Numbered from the stretch's first letter, positions 26,325 to 39,369 are shown. The stretch: 64,000 bases of DNA from Utricularia gibba (GCA_002189035.1 CM007989.1:930001-994000), one strand, 5' to 3'. Notes: generated by a model from the sequence alone, not told the origin. Program-made: numbers and translations.

Positions 26325-28228
26325 ATGGCGGAGAATCGCCATTTTTTTGGCTCGTATGCAGTTCTCGGTTTCGTATTGTGGACTTTTAGTTTTCTCCATG
26401 TCGGGTACTCCCAAGAAAGTAAGTGTTCTTTGAGTTTCAGCGCGTATTTCACTTGATATGATGCCGATCGTGCCAGTTTGTTTATGATTTTGCTTCGAGA
26501 AACTTTTTTGACGGATTTTTGGGATCGCGATGGCTTCTGGTTGAATTCGATCTCGTTCCATGATGTATTATTGAATACAGGTCCAGCGTATCTTAGATTT
26601 GTCTCAAACGCTACTGATTCCCCACTGGAAGACTACTACGATTACGTTATTGTCGGGGGAGGAACTTCCGGATGCCCACTGGCGGCGACTCTGTCAGAAC
26701 ACTTTCGCGTTCTCGTTCTCGAGAGAGGAGGGCTACCGTACGAGAACCTGATCGTGACTAATCAAGACGGGTTTCTGTCTACTCTTGAACAAACCGACGA
26801 ATTCACATCTGCGGCTCAGTCTTTCACGTCTGCAGATGGGGTACCAAATGCGCGGGGCCGGATTCTCGGAGGCAGCAGTGCGATCAACGCAGGTTTCTAC
26901 AGCAGAGCAGATGAGGAATTCTATCTAGCATCTGGGATTACTTGGGATCCCGTAACTGTGAATCAGTCGTACGATTGGGTCGAAAAGGGCATCGTTTTCA
27001 GGCCACGCTTGAAGACATGGCAATCTACTTTACGAGATGGTTTATTGGAAGCTGGAGTTAGGCCGTACAACGGATTCTCAATGGAGCACAAGATAGGTAC
27101 AAAGATTGGTGGTTCCACGTTTGATAGATCTGGTAGAAGGCACAGCGCTGCTGATCTTCTGAGTTATGCCAATCCATCTAACATAAAGGTTCTGGTGCAC
27201 GCTACAGTGGAGAGGGTTCTGCTGGCATCTACTTCTCCTAAGAACAAGTACGCTATCGGTGTGATATATAGTGATGAAATGGGACGTTTTCATCGAGCCA
27301 TGGTTAAGAGAGGGGGCGAGGTGATGCTCTGTGCAGGATCAATAGGTAGTCCTCAGCTCCTACTGTTAAGCGGAATTGGTCTTACATCTTATCTCGCCTC
27401 GTGGGGCATCCCCGTCGCACACCATTCACCATATGTCGGAAGATTTCTGTACGATAATCCTCGGAATGGAATCTCATTCCTCTCGCCATTTCCAATGGAT
27501 AATGCATTGATACAGGTTGTGGGTATCACAGACTCTGGCGCTTTCATTGAAGGGGCATCTAGCTCTGTTCCCTTTGGTGTTCCTCGAACACCATTATCAA
27601 TCAGGCCATTGACTTCACCGATGCATCTCACTGTCGCCACTCTGATGCACAAAATAGCTGGCCCCTTCTCTTCTGGATACTTAAGATTGGCCTCCACTGA
27701 TGCACGAGTCAACCCTGTAGTTCGATTCAACTACTTCAGTGATCGACGTGACCTGGAGCGATGCATCAACGGGACGAAGTGGATCTCCAATGTGATGAAA
27801 ACAAATGCTATGCGGGCCTTCAAATTTGGTCCACATCTTGGAGGCAGATCTTTCTTTAGATTCGTTGGTCCTGCCTTGCCTCATGCTGAGGCAAGTGATG
27901 CTCAAATTGGGGCCTTCTGCAGGAGAACAGTGAGCACAATTTGGCACTACCATGGTGGTTGTCTAGTCCGGAGGGTCGTTGATGGAAACCTGAAGGTGAA
28001 GGGAGTAAATGGCCTAAGAGTTGTCGATGGATCAACCTTTTCAATTTCACCTGGTACGAATCCCCAGGCTACTGTTTTGATGCTCGGAAGGCAAGTTGAA
28101 GTCACAAGTTCCAACTCATGTTTCCTTGTGATTGTTCTGCGCGTTTGAGACAAATGCTTACTGCTCCTTTTTTGTTTTACAGGTTCATTGGTTTGAAAAT
28201 AACCAGGGAGAGATTAGGGTGGGCATGA
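26325..28228 (+). CDS. GMC oxidoreductase, (R)-mandelonitrile-lyase-like / HOTHEAD family, 3 exons
   Basis: Signal peptide exon 26325-26418; YDYVIVGGGTSGCPLAATLS (FAD), NARGRILGGSSAINAGFY, RRHSAADLL, TIWHYHGGC, SPGTNPQAT. The last exon RFIGLKITRERLGWA* follows a GC-AG intron (28091-28182). Confidence 0.93.
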
Positions 28229-28633
28229 GTTGCTTGTAAAATTCATGACTCTTGCACAGGCAGATTGATAGTAAATAAAACCCAAGTAGCTATGTGGATT
28301 AGAATGTAAAAGACACCAGATTTACTTGGAAACTTGGAAGGGAAAAAACATTGTCAAGAATCCTTTTATATAGAGGAAATGAACTCATGTGCTCATCCAT
28401 GCATATTGATTGTATAGATGAGCACTGTTTGTTAGGAGTTCCTCAAGCACATCCCCAAATTTGGGGGAAAAAGGATGGAATATGTGAATAGATTTAAAAA
28501 AAGGCATTTATGAGTAAATAAAAAATAATCTTTTCCAGAGGACCGGATCCGGTCCGGGTCCAAAACACACTGTGTTTCCCGTTAGATCAGTCTCGATCGA
28601 TTTCACAGAAGAATCGATTTCTCTGACTCCACG

Positions 28634-31046
28634 ATGACGCTCCCCGTGTTTCTCCTGCTAAATCTCTTGCTTTCGCTCTCCGTGGCACCCTACGCCTTTC
28701 AGTCTGACGAGCTCGTTATTGAAGACGATGAGTTTGTTGGCCTCGAGGGTTCTCAGTTTGCCGATCCTGTGGTCGTATCTTCACCGGTTTCTCATTCTGG
28801 GACGACGCGCAGGCGTTCTGCTGACGCGGGCTCGGATTCCGACTCCAAAGTGCAGTTCACGTTAGAGCACGCGTTTGGGGAATCGGATTTCTCCCCGCCG
28901 GCACTTTCTCTGCTCGCCTAAAGCAGTCGTCTCAGGGTGGTCAGGTACTGTATCTGGACTCTACATTCCACAATTTACAATGATTTATGTAGGATTGAAT
29001 AAATTTTTCGGTTCCCGTATTCAAGTGCCGTAATACCGCACATGTATGTAGGTAGAAATTTTGGTTAGTCTGTTTGTTTAGTGCCCTAAACATGATTCTT
29101 GATATAGGGAATGAAGAAAAGAAAGCAGTCTTTTAGACACCCTTTGAAGCACGCTCTTTTATTCTTTAATGCTTACAAGAGCTTTGCCGATTGTAGATAC
29201 TTACGAAGCTTCGTTTCACAAGGGATGCTTTCAGTCAGACTGAGCAGGATAACTTCAAGGTAAATCGTGTTTAATTTTCATGCTCTGGAAGTTTCATATA
29301 ATTCCCTTTTCCCTGATTAACTGGTTGCTTTTTCTTTTTAACAGCAACTGCTGGAAAACGATGATTTTTACAGAATAAGAATCCCATCCAATGTTTTACA
29401 CCAACCTGGTAGAGAGTACATCGTGTCATCTGTGAAAGCTGTGAGTTTGAAACAACTTATGCATTTATGATTTTAAGTGAGTGTTTCTTGGTTGAAATCA
29501 ATATTCCAAATGTGACTTTTTCCGCTGATTCTAGTTTGGATTTGAAGGCTGATTTATAGTTTTTTTTTGTTACGTGTTGTTATCATCAAGCTTGATGTCC
29601 AGCTCAGGTCATTCCTTAAAATGTTTTTCCTGATCAGTTTGAACTTTTTGTAGCAAACATTACTCTCTTCTCTTGATGAATATCGGCTCTTAGCTATCTA
29701 AAATGTTTGTGCATGATATCACAATCTTGTGTGTGTACATGTATACTCGATTTTCATTAAAAGTTGGTGATCGGTCTCATGCTCATGCCTATTATCATGT
29801 TCAGAGGTGTCTGGCACAGGATGGATTGGATGAGCTTCTAGTATTACACATGGTAATTTATTCTTGAACTGAGACGTTCTGTTGAGTTATGTCATTTTCT
29901 TGCCGAAGCAACTATGTCCTATGTTGTTCATCTTGCTTAGTGTACCCATAGCAATTCTTGGTGAAAGAGGAAAAAAGACTGTTTTAAAATGAGCATTTTG
30001 CATCTTCCCAATGAAATTACCTAAAATCAAGTGCACTGCTCCATAAGTTTTATCCTGTTGTGTGGTTCAGCTCTGTGAATTGGAACTTATGATTTTGTGT
30101 GGTAAGCAGTATGCTCTCGGAGAAAAAACCGTAAAAATCATTTCTTTGTGCGTGGAATCATGATAATTTGGTTAGATTTTCCCTTGTCGACCCTCTATGT
30201 TGTTGGATTTATTTATTTGTTTGTCTGTCATACAGGAGGGTGTCAATATATTGGGCGTTAGTTATGGTCCGCAAGGATCGTGCCAGTATCCATCATACGT
30301 TAAATCTGTGAGCTTCTTTCTGTGATATTTCAGGACTACCCTTTTAACTTTAATGCTTGTTTCAACCCATTCTAATATCCTCATGGCGCCTTTGTCGTTT
30401 CCAGCCCAGGAAATGGTCCTTTAAGTCGCACACTTTTCTGAAGTATGGTGATTTGGCACCTCGGTAATGTTTACTTCTCCATCCTCTTTCACATTCTAGT
30501 AGTTCCTTTAGCAACCTGGTTCCATGATTGAGCACTGGACATCCCCATGCTTGATCATAAGTGTCACTCCAACAATCTTATTGAAGTATTTGGAACTGAG
30601 ATGTCCTGATTTAAGTATTTCGTTTGTAATAGTCTCATGAGACAATCATTTTCAACCCCCCATGTTAGTCACAAGCATCATGAATCGATGATCCCGGTAT
30701 CACTTCCCTCTGGAGATCACATTTTCTTTTTGTGAGCAGAAGTCCAGTGTTCACTGAACCAGCTGTTGAAGAGAGCGTAGAAGGAGAGGCGGCAAAGCCA
30801 CCGGAGAAGTCATTCTGGGCAAAATATGTAAGTAGAGTATGAACTGAATCACTCCCGTTGGACATTGGTGCTTCACTGATACATTTACACGACCTTTGTT
30901 TGCAGTGGATGTACCTGATTCCGCTTGGCCTCATTGTCATGAATGCCGTGACTCAGGCCATGAATATGCCCGAGGAACAGGCTGCAGGGCAACCACCGGC
31001 GGGAGCAGCCGGCCGTGGTCAGGCCACTGCCGTCCGACGGAGATGA
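28634..31046 (+). CDS. EMC10: ER membrane protein complex subunit 10-like; one apparent 1-nt frameshift in exon 1
   Basis: Signal peptide, AFQSDEL, KVQFTLEHAFG, DFYRIRIPSNV, VSSVKARC, PPEKSFWAKYWMYLIPLGLIVMNAV. Adding one C at 28893-28896 restores SDFSPAGTFSARLK up to the CAG|GT donor. Confidence 0.85.
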
Positions 31047-32061
31047 TAGCCTCCGCTTTCACAACTCGATAGTACTTTTTTTCCTCCCATTAAGAACAAC
31101 ATTTTTAGAGGTGCGGAAGTTGACTATTCAAATTTCTTGGAACCGCAAACCATTTATCGTGGAGTATATTAAATTCGATATAATTACGATATAATTATTT
31201 AGAACTATATTCTATATTTGTGAAAGCGAATGGTACTTTATAAAATTAAAATATCATGATTTTTTTTTTCATTACCTGCCCGTTTTTAGGATTTTGCTTG
31301 CCGTACCATTGCTTTGCTTCGTGTTGCGATCTCTTTCGGTGTCGCGTTAATCATTTCTCTCATATCTCGCTTTTTTTTTTAAATCAGAAGTCGGATTGGT
31401 TGTGTTATTGCTTCGATTCTGTAGCCGGTGGCCATTTCCTGGTTGTGGGTATTTGAATAGAAGGCATGCTCGTTCGATTCTGGTGCTGAATCCTGGAGCT
31501 AGAGGGGGCGAAGACCCTTTTTGCGTTTATATCTTGCGGGTAGCGATTATTTCATTGGCATGATTGTCGACCGGGCTGAAGAGGATTTTTTGTTACCTGG
31601 GTCTCGAGAATTGTGGTTCCATATTCTCATTTGATTCATTGATCTTCTGGGTACTGGTCATTTTTTTTTTAAAAAAAAATTCTTCGTTGGGTTTGCCTAT
31701 CACAGATCGGTGTTTTTGACGTTGTCGCGAAGCCGATATGAAAACGTATGGATAATGTAATATAGGAAGGGATGTATTTATTACCAGCTGGCGACAGTCG
31801 GTAATGTTTTCATGTTTGTTGTTGGGGATCTATTGTTTATGAGTTGGGTATACAGCTTGGAGGCCTGTTTATGGACGCTTAGTGTGAATAGAAGAATGAA
31901 TGTGCTATATCAGTGAGTGTTGACGAATTGGAGTAATATTTATTGGGCTCGCGTTTTTTTCGTTGAAAGGGTTGGTTCCTACGGGTGATTCTGAAGTTTA
32001 ATTCGTCGGTTTGGTGATGCGTTAATCATGTTCACAGAGTGATTATAAACTATTGCTTTCT

Positions 32062-33956
32062 ATGATGGAATCTGTTGGAGATGGGCGGTGTAGCTGGCTT
32101 CCTGGGCTTGAGTGTCTTATGAACATTGTCCGGGGTCTGGGATTAGGATCCTGCTTACCTGTGGAAACTGGGAATACTCGAGGTGCTTCTCCATCGGGTG
32201 GTACCAGAAAGAATGGGAGCTCCATAAGAAAGGTTGGGTCTTTTGGTTTATACGTTGACATGAAAAGGAGAGAACAGTTGCATAAAATACCTGGGAGGAT
32301 GTATTTGAATGGTTCTAGTGACATTGCTTCACTTTTCACTCAGCAAGGTAAAAAAGGAATCAATCAAGATGCGATGATAGTTTGGGAGGTTAGCCCTTTT
32401 CTGTTAGTTTGCTTGGTCTGCTGTAACATCAAACTTGCCGTTTCTCAATTTTCCATCATATGTTTTGCATCTGCTTGATTCCCCCTTTTTTCTTTGGTTG
32501 CTTATGTGTTTCTGAATGCCTATCTTCATGTTGCCCTGAATGCAGTTTCTATCAGTATTGCACAATAAGTTTTTCATTGTTTATGAAGGTTTTAAAGTTC
32601 TTACTCACCCGCATTTTCCTGGTTCATATGCACAGAACTTCTGCGCAAGGGATGATACTGTTTTGTGTGGGGTATTTGATGGTCATGGACCATACGGCCA
32701 CTTGGTTGCAAGGCGTGTTAGGGATTCTCTTCCTCTGAAACTGAACTCGCACTGGGAAGTTCATGAAAAGAGCAATGAGGTGCTTTCAGAGGTTAGCGTG
32801 GTGCAAGCTGAAAGTACATCACTTTCATCTTTTGATGTGGAAGCTATACCTTCCATTGACGTTGAAGATCTTATGAAGCCTCCTGAAAGCTGTCAAACAT
32901 TGAAAGAGTCCTTTCTAAAGGCGTGTAAAGTCATGGATAAAGAACTGAGAATGTACACAAGCATTGATTCCTACTGCAGTGGAACAACAGCGGTGGTTCT
33001 TGTGAAACAGGTAATCTGGCCGTGTACATTATCAATGCTCCCCTTTAAAACCCCCTTTCTGAAAGACAGTTGACAGGGACAATATCTTGTCATTGGAAAC
33101 GTTGGAGACTCCAGAGCCGTCTTGGGTACCAGAGATGAAAATGAATCACTAACTGCTGTCCAGTTGACAGTCGATCTCAAGCCTAGTAATCCAGGTACAG
33201 CCATTCAATTCGAACTAGAAAAAACAATGTGGATTCCAAGCATGTTTGGGTGTAAATGGGCCGGATTACTTATCCCTGTATCTATTAGAGAGCCCTTTTC
33301 AGCAGCCATAATATTCTTGACTGTAGCTCAATCAGAAATGACAAGAAAAGATCCACTGCTGCCCACTTGACTGTTTTTTCTAATCTTTTACCATCTGGCA
33401 GCTGAAAAGGAGAGGATCCGGAAATATAAGGGGCGTGTGTTTGCACTCAGGGATGAACCAGAAGTCGAAAGGGTGTGGCTGCCGAAGATCGACTCTCCCG
33501 GACTTGCAATGGCACGGGCATTTGGCGATTTCTGTCTCAAAGATTATGGTGTCATATCTGTTCCTGATATGTCCTGCAGGCATATCTCCGACAAGGATGA
33601 GTTCGTCGTCTTAGCCACAGATGGGGTACGAGAATGCTACCCCTACCCCCACCCCCACCTCAAACCTGATCTAACACATTTCTTGCTGTTAGGTTTGGGA
33701 CGTCCTCTCGAACCAGCAAGTAGTGGAAATAGTGGGTTCTTGCTCGAAACGGTCGCTGGCAGCCCAGACAGTGGTGGATTCAGCCGTCAGTGCATGGAAA
33801 TCCAAGTACCCCACTTCAAAGATCGACGACTGCGCCGTCGTCTGCCTCTTTTTTCACCCCACAGAGCAAGAACCTGCCGCCGCCACCGATCCGCAATCGG
33901 ATATTTCTTCGTACGGGCACCATGATCCTTCCTCACAGCCTTTGCTGGAGCGCTGA
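32062..33956 (+). CDS. Protein phosphatase 2C, clade E (PP2C33-like), 5 exons
   Basis: SLFTQQGKKGINQDAMIVWE, CGVFDGHGPYGH, CSGTTAV, IGNVGDSRAVLG, QLTVDLKP, PGLAMARAFGDFCLKDYGVIS, LATDGVWDVLSN, SKIDDCAVVCLF. The start ATG is uncertain (32062 or 32119). Confidence 0.92.
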
Positions 33957-34475
33957 GGCGCTGCCGAGGATGTCGTTCTCTACGCGCCTCCGTGTGAGTG
34001 TGCATGTACACCTCTCATGTCCCCCGACAGGTATTAGATGTCGGGGATCATTTTGTCGGACCGGGTCTTGGATGTGGGCGTCCGGTCCATCTCTTATGAA
34101 CGTCAAGCCGCTTGTTCCGGTTTTCCCAAACCGGCAGACTATAATGTTGTAGTATTTATTCTAATTACGAACCAGAAATGCGAATATTTTATTTAATTAT
34201 TAAAGATAAAAATGCCCATTATATATATTTTATTCGGTTTATTTTCATTTGGCGGGAAAATTGGCAGCCCCTGCCCCAATTTACGCTCATGTGATAGAAT
34301 AGAACCCTAGTTCTCGAAGCCTCGGGTCACGGATTATTGGAAGTCCCCTTCGCAACCTGCCGTGTTGTTTCGTTCTCCTGGTAAGCTTCGCCTGCTTTCC
34401 CTCTTTGTAGTCTTATGGCTTTTCGAAAATCTCGGGCTGTGTGATTTACGTGTTGTATTTGCCAGGCCCTTTTAA

Positions 34476-36468
34476 ATGGCTGATGCGTTTGAAGAGGAAG
34501 TTGATGCTGAGGCTGAGCCCACGATTACGATTGGGGACTACCTCGAATCTGTTGAAGAAGAGGAATTGGTGAATATCATTTCGACTTTCTGCTTCACTCT
34601 GTTATTTTAATCTGTTGTTGAAACCCTTCGTTGGTATATGTTTGTTTATTGTTTGCAAAGAAGCCTCTTTCTCCATTCCTTGCCGTGAGTGTGTTCAGTC
34701 CTTACCCCCATTTTCTTTCCTCCCATAAACTACGCTGTGCAGGAGGCAGATTTGATACTTGGAGGTGATGAGGGCAAAGAATGCACTTACGGTAAAGGTT
34801 ACATGAAGCGGCAAGCAATTTTCTCGTGCCTGACGTGCACACCAAAGGGGAATGCTGGAGTTTGCACTGCCTGTTCCTTGGCTTGTCATGAGGGCCATGA
34901 GGTATATCAGATTTTATTTTCTCTAACAAATTGTTGGCTTATTTTTCTGCAGTACCAAACTCAAGGTCTTTTTTTTTTAATGCGTGTTGTTAATAACTTG
35001 TTATCTGCAGCGTTGGACTCATAACATTAGTCTGTTCAACCAAGGAAATCATTGCTTTGAGGCTTCTGTTACAAAATCATGCTAATCATTCAAACTGTAC
35101 CCTACAACAGTATTTACCGACTGATGGTTTGCATACTAGATTGTGGAGCTATGGACCAAAAGAAAATTTCGGTGTGACTGTGGAAATTCAAAATTTGGCG
35201 AGTTTTTCTGCAAGCTTTTGGCAAGCAAGGACATAGAAAATTCCGAGAATGTGTACAATCACAATTTTAGAGGTACTTACTGCACGTGTGATCTCCCCTA
35301 CCCTGATCCCAGTGTTGAAGAACAAGTGGAGATGATTCAGTGTTGTATTTGTGAGGATTGGTTCCATGAGGAGCACATTGGACTTCAATCTTCTGACAAG
35401 GTTAGGAATTTTATGGTTGTTGGTTGCTGTGCTAGTATAATATGTAGTACCCGTAGAAGTTTCTAGCCTCGTTCAAACCAGCCATCAATCTTAAGCGAGT
35501 GTAATGCAATTGTTTGAGATACGTTCAAATGTGTCAAAAATATCCCAATGGTTTTTTCATGGCATATTATTACCTAATTTTTTAAGGCTTGATGTAGCTT
35601 ATGATCATCGACCTTTTCAACTTACTGTACCGGACCATTAGCCCATCTGGTCACTTGTTTTTTTTTATCACCCGAAGCTTGGTGTTTATGGTCAGGGATC
35701 GCACTTTTTAGATGCCTGAACTATTTTCTCATATACGTTATTGTGTTAGATCCCTAGAGATGAAGAAGGTGAACCTTTTTATGAGGACTTCATTTGCCCC
35801 GGATGTGCTGTTGTCTGCTCTTTCTTGACATGGTATCCTCAAATCATCGCATCAAATGAGTCTAAGGTGACGATGAACAGCTCTGATTTGGTGCCTTCAA
35901 CTCCCACTGAGAAGGGAAAGGCCTGCCTCGATCCGGGTTCGAGCACTACTGCTAGTGTTGAACCAGCTGAAGCTGTTGGATCCAGCAATAAATGTATAAT
36001 TGAAGAGGCAGTAAGGAATGCATCGGCAGCACCAGAAGGCAAGGCACTGTTTCTTGGTAAAAACTGGAGAGAAAGCCTTTGTAGATGTGACAAATGTTGT
36101 GAGTTGTATGCAATGAAGGGAGTGAGCTTCTTGGTTGAAAAAGAGGATTCAATCGCTGAATATGAGATAATGGCAAAGCAGAAGAGGGACGAGAATCTGC
36201 AACGAGAGGAAGGGAACTTTCTGAACAATCTCGGGCATGTCGAGAAGATGGAAATACTGAATGGCATTGCTGACATGAAGAACGAAATCGTTTCCTTCTT
36301 GGTACCATAAAATCTCATCTGCTTCAACTTAATGGGAAGGCTTTGGTTGCTTCATTGTTTTCGTCTTTTCCTCCTCAGGAAGCTTCTGACCCCTCAAAGG
36401 CTATAACACCTGCAGATATCCAGCAGATGTTTGAGAATCTCTCAAAGAAGAGAAAGCGGCCAGTGTAA
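34476..36468 (+). CDS. UBR7: UBR-box / PHD finger protein, E3 ligase UBR7-like, 5 exons
   Basis: EADLILGGDEGKECTY, RQAIFSCLTC, CTACSLACHEGHE | IVELWTKRKFRCDCGN, NHNFRGTYCTC, MIQCCICEDWFHEEH, WRESLCRCDKC, FENLSKKRKRPV*. Confidence 0.92.
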
Positions 36469-37104
36469 CCGTGATTATGGGTTTGTTTAACAAACCAAAC
36501 ACCAAGGTTAGGCTACTTAATTCCTCCTTTTATCTTCAGGTTTTCGAGTATGTCCATAAGGGATGGGTTTGTATACGAGTCCAAGCCCTTGAATCCCTTC
36601 ACCTCGTTTGCTAACTAATGATGCCACGCACTTCCCTTTAGAAGATTAAATATTCTCCTAGTAGCAGTTATGTGGAATCTGGGATCCGCTGGTTCATCTT
36701 CAGTAAGAAACAGTAAAACATGAACACTCCTTTACTTTTAATGACAAGGAAATGGTTGAATGAAATGCAATGTAGCCTTTGCGCAATACGTGCAGTTCAC
36801 CTCCAAATGCATTGATTCGAAAATCCATTCATCTGAATCTGTATGTTTTCGGCTCCAAAATGGTGATGACTCCACCATTACCTGCCTGATCTCAAGAGCT
36901 GCCTCCCAGTCTTGGCTCTGGTGCACGGCTGACTGTCAGCCTTGCCGATGGAAGGAGATGCAAGGTCGCAGGCAACACCCCACAAGTGCATTAAGCAGTA
37001 GTCCAAGCGAGTGTTGGCTTGCCATCGGTGCCCGGTGGGGGCTGCAATATCATCAGGGGTGGGTGCACAGGGAGATTCTGTAGCCATTCGGGCCGATGTT
37101 CAGT

Positions 37105-37490
37105 GAATCCGCCGCAATTCCACCCGGCGCCGGGAGGCTTTCTTCTGACACAACCGGAAAGACACTGAACTTTGAACCAGTAAAAACCAAGCTTCTACCT
37201 TTTTCTTTTCTTCTGAGTTTTGCCTCCGAGAAGATAAACAATAAATAGATGAATATTGTTTATTTTATTCCGTGAGAGTGAAGACTCGAAATTCAGAAAG
37301 AATGGCAGGAATGTAATGAGATAGTTCTGCAGTTTTTACTAGTTGCGTGTGGAACTCCTGATCTTCTCCGATGTGTCGAATATGCATACGGCTGGCCCGT
37401 TTACAGACGGCCATGAACTCCAGTAGCGCCGTGATCAACTACCGCAGTTTGTGAGACAGCAGCCTGGTTACAGGTTCGCCGGAGAGGAAC
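37105..37490. repeat. Direct repeat B (SPIKE1 last exon plus 3' flank), partner of about 40325-40710
   Basis: Shared blocks GCTTTCTTCTGACACAACCGGA, CTGAGTTTTGCCTCCGAGAAGATAA, TTCAGAAAGAATGGCAGGA and TTTACAGACGGCCATGAACTCCAGTAGCGCC occur in the same orientation in both copies. Confidence 0.9.
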
Positions 37491-37548
37491 AACGCGCAGA
37501 CACTGAAGCCGCGCGACCAAGGATTGATATGAAGAATCGAAAACTCTA
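37285..37548 (-). pseudogene. SPK1: SPIKE1 (DOCK ROP-GEF) C-terminal pseudogene fragment
   Basis: Reads SVCALFLSGEPVTRLLSHKLR*LITALLEFMAVCKRASRMHIRHIGEDQEFHTQLVKTAELSHYIPAILSEF, matching the recalled SPK1 C-terminus. In-frame TAG at 37439-37441. Confidence 0.85.
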
Positions 37549-39369
37549 GTTGCATGGGCAGAGCTTGCTCTATCTCCATGATACTCAGATTCAGACTGTT
37601 GTAAATGCTGAAAAGTGTATTCTATTTCCAACTGAGTGTCAAATATCTGTCGTGTCATGAACATAAATATTTGTGGAGAAGCAGTTTTTCTCCTTTTTCT
37701 TTTCACACTCCAATGATAAAAGCTATAAGAAATGTCTGAAATTCGAACAAAGATTGATAAATAACGGTTCTCAGGGAAAGGTGCCCAGCATCATCCTGCC
37801 ATGCTCTGCAACTCTAACAATTCGATGGATCGGTGCCGGTGGTGTTCTTGCTTTTTCGTAGGTAGAGAATCCAGGTGATGATCTCCAACACAACCGCCAC
37901 GCCGCCGAGCGAGCTGATCACTCCGATGTACGCAATTCTCCAGTGGCGATCGGGCTTCAGGATCTCGAACCCCTTGAACACATTGAGTATTCCCATGACG
38001 ATGACCGAGTACCCGACGCTGCGGTGGTAGATGTCCCAGTAGATGCGGTATTTGTTGTCCTTCTTCGGCCTCAAGAACATCGCAAACATCTGCAGGCCAA
38101 ACACAGTGTCATCCTGAATGAAGCAACCAGGAGGGAGGAGGATGAGAGTACCTGCAGCGTGGCTAAGGAGAAGAGTGCGATTCCAAGATTCCGATGGAGT
38201 GAATGGGCGACTCCCTTTGACCGAGAGCCCAGCTTCATTCCGGTGCCCCATCCCGCTACGCTGATGATGTACGCGGCGGTCTGACAGGACACGTGCAGGT
38301 AAAACCAAGCGGGGTCGGCTCCGGGGAACGCCTTCACGTATCTGGCCATGACGACTCCGAGGGGGAACATGACCCCCAGCTTACCACGTTCAGAACGCCA
38401 TGAATCTGTAAAAGAAGCGTTATGTTCATAGGAGTGATTGATCTTATAAAACAATTGCAGAAATGGATCGCTTACGTTCTTCATTCTGCTTATTGAATCC
38501 AAGTTGGTGGTTTGGTGGATGAGTTGTCCCTTCAACAGGTCAAGTTTGCCGCGAGCCTTGAGATTCTCCAGCTTGAACTCATGCGCGTTGGGTTTCCCAT
38601 CGGTGACGGAGGGCCCGACTTGCCACACATGGTTGATGGCGGTTAATCCTTTCTCGGGGAGAACCAGGGTGGCGAAGATCCTCATGAACCCATCGGAGTA
38701 CTCGGCCGACGCCTCATCCACGCGGTACCACACCGCAGACTCCGTCACGGGAGGAGCATACCCAGTAATATTATACGTCTTGACGCTCATCTTCCCATCG
38801 GCGTCGCCGTAAGAAAGCAGGGCCTGCGCGCCGGCCATGCCGCCACCAGAGGGGTTGATGGCCCACGAAACCCAGCCCTCCGGCCTCGGTTGACGTGCGG
38901 AGAAGGCGACGGGGAGGAGGGCCTCGTTGGGACGGTAGGACCAGTGAATGGTGGAACCGAGAACCGGGAGATCGTTGCAGAAAGAGTACTTCTTCATGTT
39001 GCCGGCGAATTTCTGCGACGAACACGTCGCCGTCGCCTCCACGGCCGACAACGTCACCAATCCCAGTAGACAAATGACGGAAGCAAGAACTCGAGAAGCC
39101 ATGGATTTGTGAGTCGCGTGCAAAACCAGGAAGATGACGAATGAGGACTGCGACCCAAAGAGGGGGTATATATACGTTTCTGTGTTGTACGGACGATGCG
39201 GGCGGGAAAAGTGATATTGAACGGAAAATAGGCTCAAAATGGCGGGAAAGTTACTTTGGATTAGATAAGTAAGATCATTAATTTTAGCCGGTAAGATGAT
39301 ATTAAAAAAATAAAATAAATAATGTTTTAATTTACTAGTTATGGAAATATATCCTTTTTGTTACCAAAA
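37549..39369 (-). repeat. Inverted duplicate of 20524-22365 (CYBDOM gene, its proximal promoter and the last codons plus 3' UTR of the LRR-RLK)
   Basis: Near-identical reverse complement; includes GCATGGGCAGAGCTTGCTCTATCTCCATGA (AWAELALSP* of the RLK) at about 37552-37581. Confidence 0.95.
37814..39102 (-). CDS. CYBDOM copy 2; one apparent 1-nt frameshift
   Basis: Same exon structure and all heme ligands as copy 1, with nine amino-acid differences seen. It has G5 at 38373-38377 where copy 1 has G6 (21529-21534). Confidence 0.8.

Noticed and set aside
31405-31495. GTTCGATTC motifs resembling a tRNA T-loop
   Set aside because: No cloverleaf stems or D-box; lies in the PP2C leader region.
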